From: Takakia lepidozioides
Lineage: Eukaryota; Plantae; Bryophyta
NCBI GenBank assembly: GCA_030704615.1
Contig: CM060733.1
Coordinates: forward strand, 33,294,001-33,358,000
DNA length: 64,000 bases
Reading direction: 5' to 3'
Below are positions 1 to 11,526 of the stretch, piece by piece. Position numbers and translations under genes: made by a program. The notes below the pieces were generated by a model. That model searched no databases. It had not been told where the DNA came from and saw nothing but the letters and a program-made list of their open reading frames with translations. The first letter of the stretch is position 1; the number at the start of each line of letters is the position of its first letter.

Positions 1-171
1 CTTCAGCTCGACCAACTCTCTGTGGCTCAACCGGTAGGGCGCCTTGGTAGGCGGTTCCGATCCCGGTATCACCTCAATCTTGTGGTCAACTCCTCTTCGC
101 GGTGGCAAGCCGCTTGGTAAATCCTCCGGCATCACATCCTGGTATTTCTCCAAAATCCCCTTGATCCAATC
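1..171 (-). pseudogene. Ty3/gypsy pol fragment (start of RT region), continuing the gag-pol interrupted at 11527
   Basis: Minus strand reads WIKGILEKYQDVMPEDLPSGLPPRRGVDHKIEVIPGSEPPTKAPYRLSHRELVELK, typical of the gypsy pre-RT region. It joins ...GEPSPDWI at 11527-11550 seamlessly. Confidence 0.9.
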
Positions 172-240
172 CAGGAATGCCTCGGCGTGAGCCTGGTCAC
201 GTGAGCGCGTGAGCGCGACTGCGCTCACGCCACGTCACCT
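172..240 (+). repeat. Left terminal inverted repeat (degenerate) of subfamily-1 MULE
   Basis: caggaatgcctcggcgtgagcctggtcacgtgagcgcgtgagcg aligns with the reverse complement of the right end, caacgacgcaatggcgtgagcgttgcacgtgagcgcgcgagcg. Confidence 0.8.
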
Positions 241-379
241 TGCGCAAATGCCAGGTCACGGGGCTCAGTCCACGTCATCACACGTGGAGGCCGAGTCACC
301 ACGCACCCAGAAAGAAGTGGAGTGTATTCCCGCGGATTGGCACCCTTTACCGCGGAAACAAGCTGGACGACATAATAAA

Positions 380-740
380 AGGCATTGAATAAATGATGGA
401 TGAATGTACAGTTGGATGATAAACAATGGATGAGTTTGAAAAATCTATGTAGATGGATGAATGACGGATGGATAAGAGTAAAATGGATGAATGTATAATG
501 GATGTTGAGCAATGACAAAAATTCATGACAGGAAGATGCATGACCAAATCTTTTGACGAATGCACAAAGTATATGAAATGAGTGTGGAAGGTTTGTGGGG
601 TGGATTAAAGAGTACAGAGGATGAATGTACAATGGATGTTGTACAAAGGAAGCTTTCATGAATGGAGCACGCATGAATACAGTGTAGATGAATGCACAAT
701 GGATATGAGAAGAGTCAGGAAGGTTTGTGAGATGGATTCA
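380..740. repeat. Low-complexity (atgg)atgaatg-rich subterminal tract
   Basis: Repeated atggatga/atgaatg words downstream of the cargo gene. Confidence 0.55.
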
Positions 741-971
741 TACATATAGCAATTTAAACGAAAGTTGATTCTGTGATTATTATTTGTTCTAAAGGAACAA
801 CTACGGTAGAGTAAGGGGATTCAACGTTTTCCAGATAATATGAAAATGAATATTAAAAGAATACAGTTCAGTCTGACTCAGAGTCAGTACAATGTATCCC
901 CTCTTCCTCTGCATCTAAGTCTAAGTATTTTAGAACACCGGATCCACGCTGGATACACCTACGGCTGGCCA

Positions 972-3900
972 CTAAAAATCAGGGGATAGGGACTCGGACG
1001 CGTGAAGTGCCATTGCTTCGGCATAAACAGGGAGCAGAAAATTGGAAAGGGGGCTGTCGAAAACAGACTCGCCAGAAATGACTGTATCTCCTGAAGATCC
1101 ACCGCTGGCTTTCCTGAAAGACAGCCTGAAAAAGTTATTACTGTAACTTTGATGTTATCGAGAAATTGAGTATGACTCCCAAAGAGGGTTTAGCACTTAC
1201 TCACATGAAAAGTCGTTGTCGACCTGCTTATCTTCGGGATCGTCATCATTTCGAATATGAATCCGATCAGTCTGTGTGCCTGAAGTGGAGCCAGACAAAA
1301 GGGGGAGGAGCACTGTGTTGTAGAGGTCAGAATCACCCTCCATACCAAAAAGGCTTCTTCCGCCTGCCTTGCATGCGTGGTAAGTTGCTCCTGCACCAGA
1401 CAGGAGAACATAAGCAGTTTGGAGGAGGGGATTTAAGCAGATGAAACTGTTGAAAGGAAACCAATTCGGAAGGGAGAAAACGAACCTGTGGACACAGAAA
1501 GATCGACCACCCGTGCAGAGCGGTGGCTGCATGACTCCAGCAGTATTTGCATGAATGCTGGTGACTTTTCCTTTGCACCTCTCCAGGGAGTGCCATCTGG
1601 TCTCTTCAGAGTCTGACTGGACTGCATGAAGTTGTACAAAATGTCATCGACATGGGGCTCATAGGGGGGGTTGACGAAACAACCCTGGTCAGAAATCTCA
1701 AAGCTGCGGATGGAGGATGGTGTCTTTGATGTGCGAATCCTCCGCAGGCAGATCGCCTCGAACATCCTCGTCTGCCAAAGATAGCAGGTTAGTGTGGTAA
1801 ACACAATCTAAAGTGGAAGTGTGTACATCGGCTATTCAGAACTCTGACACCAAAAAACCATGAATCGTTGATGATCGGTGTCGATCATAAAACATTCTAC
1901 TAGAGTGGAGCTGCAGAGAAAATTGAAACTCATGATCAAAGCATAAGCAGAAGGCAGACGGCATACCAGCTGACCAGGGAAACCCCCTTTCACAAGGTAG
2001 AGGCTGTTCACACAATTCCATGTGCGCAAAACTTCAAACCCTGAAGACTTGAGGTATGATGCCAATGCCCGACGACTATCATTGTCACATGACTGAAAAA
2101 GCAGAAGTGTCCCTGCATCAGAGAGGAAATTGTTACAGAACCCGAATACCCAACTCCAGTAGTTGTCCTCGAATTTGTTCCACCCTGGCGTCTTGCCCTT
2201 TGGAAGAACTTCTGGCACAGCCTGGCCATCCGGGATGTCGAGAATGACAATGTCGGCCGCATAAGTTTTCTGCACACCGCACACGAAGGTGGGACCTGTG
2301 CTCACCTGCAACAGACATGTTTTTTATAAGAACGATGGCAAGAATGTTTTCAAAGAACGAGACTGAAATACTGCCAACGAAACATTCAGAGAAAAAGGAA
2401 AGAAAGTGGAATTCTCACCAGATTGAGGAATGAGATTATATTGTCCCAGGTAGGGGATGGCACCCCAGTGTATCCTCTCTTTCGACTCTGCATCATCGAA
2501 AGCCAACCCTCATTAACAATTTTCATCTCTCCTGCTGAATCAGAACGGGAAGGGTGTGGCTTGGCATCGAACACGCACTGAAGAGTGCGGGTATATCTTC
2601 CAGCACTAAAGTCCTGCCCACTCTCCATCTCCTTTTCATTCTCCTTCCCCTTGTCCTTTTCCTTCTCTTTGGACTTGTCTTTGTCCTTTGGCTTTGCTGG
2701 TGAGATGGCTATGACATCAACAGCCTTGTCTTTTGGTTTGCGGCCCGCCTTCTTTCCCTTCTGCGGCGTTCCCTGAGCATCAGGCTCCTTGGCAGCCAAG
2801 GTTGCTATGTTTCGTTGATACTCTTCGTCAGTCAAAGGCGCCAGCATCTCAGCGTTATTGTTCAAGTATTTCATATGCTGTTCTTGAAAGGTCGTGTGCT
2901 CAGGTGGGCAGTCAAGGTACCACCCACAGTCTCTGAAGTGAGAAGGACTCCAGTCCTTCAATATCCCTGCAGTATACATGGTTGGATCGTTTGCAGGGTC
3001 CGACCACATGTCAAGATAGTCGGGAATTCCGCTCAGGTGATTTCCTTCCATAAGCACATATTTCGTGTACCTGAAAAAAGGAGATGAATCCCAACCCACA
3101 AAAGCGCTCAGTGAGTAAGATGCAAGTAGAACAGAAAGAATAAAACATGGATTGAAATGGCTCTGACAACTGCTCCAAGGACCTTTCAGGACCACACTAC
3201 TGCTCCAGATATGAATGTCGTCAACGCCATTCAGAACATTCCATTCCATGACACTGTAAATACATCCTAATCCAGGTGAATGCAAATAAGCGATTAGAAA
3301 TGACACAGACATAGAAGTGAATGTCGTCAACGACATTCAAGAATGAAGCCAAATTATTACTGAAATGAAGCAAAATCACAGGATGGAAATAAAAAAATTG
3401 AGTAAGGAACCATCCAGGAAAACTCAATGCACATTCATAACGAACCTATCACTGAGGACCTCACAACATCACTGTATGTGAATGGCGTCAACGCCATTCA
3501 CAAAAATACAAAAAAGAAACCAATTACTTAGCTCCCCAATCCATGAAAATTGAATTTGTCGTTTTTGAATAATACAGACACAGCTGTGAATGTCGTCAAC
3601 GACATTCACTTTGGATTTCTTAAAACAGAGCTTATCAAGCCTCCATATTCATCGCAAGAGGAAAAAACAATGCAGAACAACTGAATGTCTGCATTGACAT
3701 TCAGCAAAATGAAGTGATCAACCCTCATTGTAACCTCTATGGACATTACAAAAATTTAAATAACCTTGAGGACCACACAACAACTCCGTATGTGAATGTC
3801 GTCAACGCCATTCAAGGACATTATCAATTCTAATCAGGGACAATATAATTGCACCCTTAGATCCTAACCAGGTGAATTCATATACTCGCTTAAGAATGAC

Positions 3901-6507
3901 TCAGACAAAGAAGTGAATGTCGTCAACGACATTCAATCTGGATCTAAGATTGCAATCCATATGAAGCCACAATTTTTCCCAAAAAAACAGTAGAGTTTCA
4001 AGTATGACATTTCACCTGTACACAACTCGCATCATGGCCCACTCTCCTCCAACCTGACTGTCAAAGTCGTTGGACCGTAAAATGTTACCATCTTTGGAGA
4101 ACTCCCGGAAAAAACAGTATCTCCAGGTGAGACCTCTCCACTTCCTTATGTATGCCTCCAATGACATTTGGGGAGGGGAAACAATCGCAATGTTCAGGTC
4201 CTTCAAAGTCTGATCCAGCACAATGACGGCGCGCTTTTCGAGCTGCAAATAGTATATTTGTCAGAATTGCAAAAAAGAAACACATCACATACTTGAAGAG
4301 AAGAAACAGCATGTTCGAATACACACCTGACTCCAAAATGTAGCCTTGTGGAGCCAGTTATCAAACACCAAATCACTGATTCCTTCCACCTTTGTGCCAG
4401 GCTGTATGGTGCTCTTTGGGAACTGATTCAAGTCCTTTACTGTTTGATCTGAGTTCCATATCTCCAGCCACCTTATTTTTGTTTGTGGGTCGACCATCGA
4501 TATGGCCAGCCGGTGCAATTTCTCCTGCTGCATCTCCGGATGCACATGCTTGTCATAGTGTGTTTTGATCTGCTGAAGGAACTCAGGACCAAGTCCAGGA
4601 TCTACTATTCTAAGCTGCTTTCCGAAGGCTGACATCAATTTGGTTCTTCGCATCTCAAACTCCTTCTTTATTGCAGCTTCCACACCCTTTGATGTCCTTA
4701 GTTCCTCTGGTGTAGTGCGGTAATATTCGGATTTTCCCTTCTCAGCTGCCTCTGCCAGTTCTTGCTGCATTCATTCAAGTAGTGATTAGCTCCGAAGGGA
4801 CTCTAAACATGTATTCGAAAAGTAAACAGATTACAGACTCGGGCTTACCGCATACATGTACTCCAGAAACGCCTCTCGTGTCAAAGAATACCAAGTGCCT
4901 GCAGCTCTTCCTGTTTCGCACTTCTTGATGATATTGGGTGGTAGTACTGTCCGAAAATCATCCAGCTTCATCAGACCAATCCTCTGAATTCGGAATAGTG
5001 TGTGAACCAAGCTTGTTGTCACATGCGATTTCTCTGTCGATCTGCAAAAACATTGAAAACATTGCATTCCTTAACACTGTTTTTTGAGGATCAACAAGAC
5101 ACTACAGAGGGAATCAAATCTCCTGGATGACTTACTTGTTCACGTCGTGCATAGCTGTAAGAAGCCTAGCGATGTCGTTTCCTGGATCCAAAACCATTGC
5201 CTCCACAGCAACATGCTTGTCTTTGTCTTTCGAATGGTGTTTCTGAATGTATCCCATCCATGCCAGCAATCGGTGGTTGCCGTCCCAGACGTAGAACATG
5301 TGGTTGCAAAATTGCTGGGTGTTCTTTCCCATCATGAGGCCCAGCTCGAACTCCTCATTGGCATCTTTCCAGCACTCATCCCAGTTATCACTGATCTCTG
5401 GAGAAACTAATGTGCTTTTCCCATTTATATCCGTCAGTGACACATAAAAAACTTGTGCACCAAGTCTATATCCATGCACAAAATCACTCTCCAATTTTGT
5501 TATGTCATGGGAAAGAGGTGGACGCACAACAGGCATTGATATCATCCGGCACAGAGGTATGTCCAGACGCCCTCCAGATACGAGCATGTCCCTTATAACC
5601 TCCTGAGAGTTTACCTTCTGGAATGACATGAGTTCTTTCACCTTGTCAAGGTAGTGCACTTCGGATTCATCTGCTTCATCTGTATTCTCTGAGCTTTTTG
5701 CGGACTCGTCCCCATCTCCAGATCCTTTCCCCTCTGATCCTGTAGGCTTCGACCTCACAGTTTTCTGCACGATGCCATTCAGTTCTGACTAAGTGATTTG
5801 CAAATAGTGAATGGCGGTAACGACAATCACTCTGTATCAAGGAAACTCACCATGAATGGTGTGAAAGAATTCAGCACAATCTACACATGCAAAGCCGAGA
5901 CTGCCGTATTCAAAACAAAAGTGAGAGCGATAGCGAACGGCGTTAACGACAATCACAAAAGATAACAACCTGCCGGATCGGTGTTGTGTAATGACATATA
6001 TGTGCAACTGATTGGCGGCAACGACATTCAGTGTAGTTTAGGGAGAATAGTAAGTGCAGACTCTCTCTTCAAACACATAGGTACATAAATCTCATGAGCA
6101 GAATCGAATGGCGTTAACGACGCTCGCGATTCAGTAGTTCCTGCTAAAGAATGGAAGAGGAAGGACTCCTTGAAAGGCAATCACACAGACTATATGATAA
6201 AACTTACTGGCACCTTCTTAGGTTTTGAAATTTGATCCCCTTCTGCAGCTTTCCTCTTCCCTCTCACATCTGCTGGAGTTTCTGTCTGCGCAAGGGTTTC
6301 TTGACCTTCTTCAGGTTCGGCGTTCCGCGTGCTTCCACCTTCTTCAGTGTCCCTGCGATTCATCTCTGCCTCCACAGGCTGGCGCACTCTTATCGCCGAC
6401 TGTGTCGCAGCCGCCGCTGCCTCAGTCTCCGTCTGCTCTTGTGAATCAGTCTCCGCGTTCACCTGCTGCCTTGGCCCTGTGTTCTCCAACAAACGACGCC
6501 TCGTCAT
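972..6507 (-). CDS. ParB/Srx-like domain + beta-class N6A/N4C DNA methyltransferase-like fusion protein, 10 exons, ~1135 aa (transposon cargo)
   Basis: Hand-spliced exons 6507-6208, 5764-5136, 5041-4849, 4764-4327, 4242-4016, 3070-2419, 2305-1967, 1771-1486, 1390-1201, 1125-972. All introns are GT-AG and phase-compatible; total 3408 nt. ParB-like FYVWDGNHRLLAW (~5260-5295). MTase motif IV-like DIVILDIPDG (~2225-2255) precedes KEKSPAFMQILLESCS and motif I-like VVDLSVSTG|GATYHACKAGGRSLFGMEGD, the beta-class order. The last exon is the least certain. Confidence 0.85.
3212..3935. repeat. Intronic cluster of 22-bp palindromes TGAATGTCGTYAACGMCATTCA (subfamily 1)
   Basis: Copies at 3212, 3318, 3479, 3587, 3682 (degenerate), 3793 and 3914, in the intron between exons 5 and 6. 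Confidence 0.9.
5808..6126. repeat. Intron-1 cluster of degenerate subfamily-1 palindromes
   Basis: tgaatggcggtaacgacaatca (5808), cgaacggcgttaacgacaatca (~5934), tgattggcggcaacgacattca (6009), cgaatggcgttaacgacgctcg (~6105). Confidence 0.75.
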
Positions 6508-7362
6508 TTTCTCTCTTGCTCTGCGTCTCTCTCTAAGGGAAGTAAAATAAAGAGACTTTCTTCTCTTTCGTATTCTAGAAGGAACCCTCTCCAGCTTGAC
6601 TACCACTCTCCCTCTAAGCGCGAAAAGTAGAAAAACGCAGTGACTCTCGATTTCTTGCGGGATTGCCTGTGTTCTTGCGTGTCTCTAGAAGCATCGGATT
6701 CCCTCCCGCGTGACCGTTACACATAGTCGTTTCGTTATTAGTGCACATGCCAGCAATTGGTGTACAGCTGTTCGTATTCAGTTATGGATGTCTGACGTGT
6801 GCCGCCCAAAACAAAACGGCGTGTTCTAAATTATAACTGGTTCAATATTTAAAAAGAACAGCGAATCCCAGAAATTGATGCGCAGTCTTAAACAAATAAA
6901 TATAAATGAACGAGAGTTTGATGACAAATTTTGGAATATCATACACGGTCATCCTTGTTATCCAAACCCCACATTCGTTGCACATTTGGAACTTTCCAGG
7001 TGCGCATGATCATTGGTAGTAGTATATAGATACATTTACTTAATCTGCAATCCCATTCTCGGATCCTGTGGCATGCTTCCAGGAAGTCGGCTTTGTTATT
7101 GGGTTTATTGATGAGGTTCTGATTAACGGTTTAACAGTTGCCGACACTGCCCCTATGGATTCTCTGACCACTGGGCCCACAAGAAAAGTAATTAAAATGG
7201 ACGGCTGCATATCTGGAATGAATAACAGAATATGCACAGTCGTTATCTGAGCTTCCTCCGCCATATGCTCTGCTCATTCTTCAACTGTGTTCTGGAGACA
7301 GCAGTAAACCGATTTACACTAGATCTGCGATAGCAAGGTACAAACATACTCGAGGAAGGAAG

Positions 7363-10300
7363 ATGGCTTCCTCTGAAGCGGAGTTCTTCTCAGACGACAA
7401 ACCAGTGCCGTTCTCCCAGGAAGTCCTTGACAATGGATTTGCAATTGTTCTGGAACATGTCTTGGCTACCCGTTTTCAGCTGCAGAATGGCTCCATCTTT
7501 TTGGAGAAAGAGGTTTACGATCTGAAAGGGAAGTTGGTGAAATATTCTTTCCAAAACCGTGATGAGACGGCTCATATCAGCCAGTGGAGAGTGCGTCCTG
7601 GTCGATACAGAGTACTTGGAGAGCCTCGGCGAAAGTCCCTTGGGTCATATGTGACGCCCGGGACTGCTGCTTCGGTCGTTGAAGACAAGAGGGAGGTGGT
7701 GGTGAAAAAAGAACAGACTTCCTCCACTCCAATCGTTGAGCTTTCGGATTCTTCCGATGATGACATAAGTGAAATTCCAAATCCAGTCCTTCCTACTGTG
7801 GTTGCAGAAGCTGATGAAGAAGAGATTTGTAGTGTCATTCCAAAATTGCGGGCGATGGGAGGAATGGCTGGATTCAAAAGTGAGTTGCGGGGAATTGATT
7901 GGGAATCTTTGAAGCAGGTGCCTGTGAAGTTCTTGCCGGAGACTTTTGATGGCGATATCCTATTCGAGCTGCCTCCTCCTCCGCGAGTTGGAGGTGTAAC
8001 AATCATGATGCATGGAATGGACAAGAAACACGACGGGCACCCGTGGTGCAGAACAAAAACATCCAATATTCAGAATGATGACAAGCTTGTTTTCAGGAGG
8101 ACAGTTTGCAATGGACACCTTAGGTGTGATAATTTGAATTGCAGACACTTTCTTCAGTCTGGAGTTCATAATCAAAGCGAATGGGAGGGTCTGGCGGAGA
8201 ATCCATTTCAGCCTGGGACTGCCCCTCCACCGGCAAACACTTTCGTCTGCAAATTCTGCAAACTTGTGCCATCCTGCTTGGCGCTCTGCGGAGCAAGAAT
8301 GTACTATGTTGTCCACCGTTTGAATACAATGACGAGAGCTTGTGTGCATTTTGGATTCCATAACCATCCTGTCTCGAAGGGGGATTACAGGGAGAGTGTT
8401 GAGACAGTATCGAGGTTGATCAAACAGGAGTTCGGGAGAAACCCATCCGCAACAACATCTGCAATTGCTCTTGGCGCAAGCAAGTCCTTCTTGGAAAGCC
8501 ATATTTTGAGTGAAGGAGATTCTGTGGGGACTAAACTTGACGGTGCAGCATTGGACCTGGTCATGGATCATTTCTCCACTTTAAGTTCACCTAACATTCG
8601 GCATCAGATCAATGCATTGAGAATGGGCTCTGGGATCAGAGGCTACATAGACAATATTTTGGAATTGAAACGACTGAGCAAGTACGATTACATCCAGGAC
8701 AATGTATTCCCAGGTCAAGGTGCCATCAAAGTTTTTCTTTTCAAAATGTCGACTGTTGGGGAGGGCAGTGGGGTTAGCCTCGTGAAGCGGATGCAAAGAC
8801 TGGGGACTTGCAGAACTGTTTTCTTATGTTTGATCATGTGAAACGAGTGAAGGATTGGACGACAATGGCTTGTCATGTCTACGATCCAGTGTACCAACGA
8901 GTTATGACAATTGCAGTTTGTGACATGCAATCCGAGGATACGGAATCCCAGAAGCTCATGTGGAATTCCCTGATACGTGTCATGGGCTGCCATGGGCTGC
9001 CATCTCCAAATTTCGCAGGTTTCATGGCGGATAGTGCTCAAGCAAATTTCAATGCTATTCGTATTGTCTTCGGATCGGGCGACCCAAAAGTGCCTATGCC
9101 AGGAAGAGAGCGTACATGTCTATTCCATTGGACACAATCTCTGGAAAAACATACAAAGTCGGACATCAAACCAGAGATGCAGACTCAGCACCGTAAATTG
9201 TGCAAAGAGTACAAAGATGCTAGAACAATGAAGGAGGCGGACACTTTGTTCCAGACAATTCGTGCCTGGTGGTTCTCTTCTGGAGCTGCATCACTTGAGA
9301 GTATGAGAGCATTGGAAGATTGGCTGGCGTTTTGGCACTTCCGGTATAGACAGTGGGGAGCAGCCATGACAATGGTACGAGGCTTCTATTTCATGCTTTA
9401 TTCATACATTTGCTTTCATATTTTTGACTCATTGCTTTCTTTATGTTGTTTCCTGTGCACTATTCTGAAGTGTGGTTATCCTCTTTGCAGAACATGTCCA
9501 TTGAGGAAATGGCAGACATGCCATCTTGCAATTTGGCAGAAACTGTGCACAATGCATGGTTGCAGCAGTCTGGGAAACGAGGTCGGGATTTGTATGTGGC
9601 AACAACAGATGATTTGATACGTGCCTTGCAACAACAAACCCGATACCGTGATTTCTTACGAGGTGGGGTTGGTGGCAAGGGTCCGGACAAATCGGAGTTG
9701 ATGTTGCGTGCTGCAAACAGATCTGGGGATCCAATCAAGATAGCACGGGCGGTGAGCATGTATGCCCAGGGAACGCCACTTGTTTCTAGAGTTCCACATC
9801 TTGAAGGGGAGGAGAGATTCGGCTCCTGTAAGAGGAAATTGAACACTCCACCTGGTTCGGATTCAGATTCCCACAGGGCAGACCGTGATAACTTCTCGAA
9901 GCCTCGTGTTCCCCTGCATGACAGCTCCGTGTCCGGAACCTCCATTGTGGAGGAACCTCCAACACGACGGCAAGCTCCAGCATCAAACCGTGCCACTGAA
10001 ATGGTGCAGGAGAGAAACAACCCCCTTGATGTGCTTGAGTCCGCATGCCCCGACCACGTTTGGCACATAGAACGCACAAGTGTCGGGTCTCGTGTGAAAT
10101 GTACAGCGATCAGGGCAACTAATTTCGAGAAGTGCACTTCATCTATATCCAGAGGTGGTGCCCGAACTCCTGCTCCGACTTTCACGGGCTTGATGCGTCC
10201 ATACGGTCAACCAGAAGCCAAGAACCACAAGTTCTGGTTCTGCGCAGATGATTGTGCCAGATGTGTGCATGGAACTGTGCGTCCTTCCGTAGTGATGAAG

Positions 10301-10876
10301 CCATCTCCTCCAACCGTTTGGCCCGTGAAGGTGGGAACACATCTCAGCTTTCAGGAGATTGAAATGCTGGAGGAGGCAGGTTTTTCCCTTGCGAGACAAC
10401 CCCAACTCCATGCATGTGCTACTACTCCTGCGTCCTCCCGGGTCCCCCCGGCAAATCCTGACTTGTGGCCAACCAAACGAGATGGAAAGCTCGTTCGGCG
10501 TTTCCCTCCAACCGCTGAACACTTTGGCAAAGTGGAGTCCGCAAGAATGCTCCAAGCTCGTGTCGGAAGCACCACGGAAGTACCCGATCCAGGATATGGT
10601 CGGGTATTCACAATCATCACTTCCACATCTGCTGTTCATGACAGGACCTACGACATCACGGTTTCCAATTTCCCCAATTGCACATGTCCTGATTTTGTGA
10701 ATATGCTATCAACCAGTTTGGGCAAGAGAGGTAAATTCATACCCTGCAAACATTTGTATTTCATATTTTTGAGGAGGATGGTTTGCGATCCCAAACGTGA
10801 CAACTTCATTCACCAGGCCACTATGAGTTTCAACGAGGTCGATACTCTTTTGCAGCGGGATACAACACATGGGTAG
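7363..10876 (+). CDS. MULE-type DDE transposase with N-terminal GCM/WRKY-like Zn domain and C-terminal SWIM finger (~1130 aa; one frameshift near 8800, intron 9375-9490)
   Basis: HDGHPW...CNGHLRC..C...CKFC...C...H.H.HP (GCM/WRKY-like); DDE residues MFDHVKR, FMADSAQ and CNLAETVH; MULE signature RTCLFHW; SWIM CTCPDF...PCKHLY. ORFs 7363-8841 and 8808-9617 are joined by a 1-nt frameshift; the GT-AG phase-0 intron joins the 9443-10876 frame. Confidence 0.88.
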
Positions 10877-11329
10877 CATGAACTATGTAATGTGGTATGT
10901 GGATGACCATGATTTGAAATGTGTAATTCACATCAATTCGTCGGCTGTGCAATGATATGGCCTCCAACTATACGGAGTGAGGTCTGAGTGACAACTTTTA
11001 GGTAGTGCACATTTGTCATTGCACCGTTCGAAGTCTACATGTCTTGCTGTCGCTATGCACTACAATCATCTTTTGAAGATGATCATAACTCTCATTGTTA
11101 TTTGAGGAGGGAGGAAGTCTTCTCGTGGCAGCCTTTATGGCGCACACTTTGTGAGGATATTTTGTCGTCTTCGTAATTGTAAAAGTGAAACAAACATTTG
11201 TAATTGCACAATGTTGGATGCTGCAATTGTAGGCCTCAACGCTCGTCTTGATTCTATTTAGGCAAGATTCCCTGCATTAATTCCACGGTCATAGGACCAT
11301 CCACGGTTATAGGCGGCGCATGTTAATGC

Positions 11330-11526
11330 TGACGTGGCAGTTGACGGACAGTGCCACGTCATCATTTACCGCCACATCAGCATGCTGACATGACGCTCAC
11401 GCCACGTCAGCATGTGTGCAGGCTCACGCCACGTCAGCTGGCGTGAGCGTACGCTCACGCCACGTCACTCCTGCGTGAGCGTACGCTCGCGCGCTCACGT
11501 GCAACGCTCACGCCATTGCGTCGTTG
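11330..11526 (-). repeat. Right TIR and subterminal gctcacgccacgtca repeats of subfamily-1 MULE
   Basis: Multiple gctcacgc/gcgtgagc and ccacgtca motifs, mirrored at 184-280. Confidence 0.8.

Larger units (their letters stand above)
172..11526. mobile_element. Complete Mutator-like (MULE) DNA transposon, subfamily 1, 11,355 bp, with transposase and divergent ParB-methyltransferase gene
   Basis: Flanked by a perfect 9-bp direct repeat gatccaatc (163-171 and 11527-11535); removing the element restores the gypsy frame. Degenerate ~55-bp TIRs; DDE/SWIM transposase inside. Confidence 0.93.

Noticed and set aside
225-674. His/Ile-rich 149-aa ORF
   Set aside because: Artefact of the atggatgaatg low-complexity tract.
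3212-3935. Heat-shock elements or miRNA hairpins as the explanation of the palindromes
   Set aside because: The spacing is not nGAAnnTTCn, and the stems are only 11 bp with no loop or precursor structure.
972-6507. Bacterial or phage contamination as the source of the ParB-MTase gene
   Set aside because: Nine phase-compatible GT-AG introns, and the gene is embedded in a TSD-flanked element inside a plant gypsy retrotransposon.
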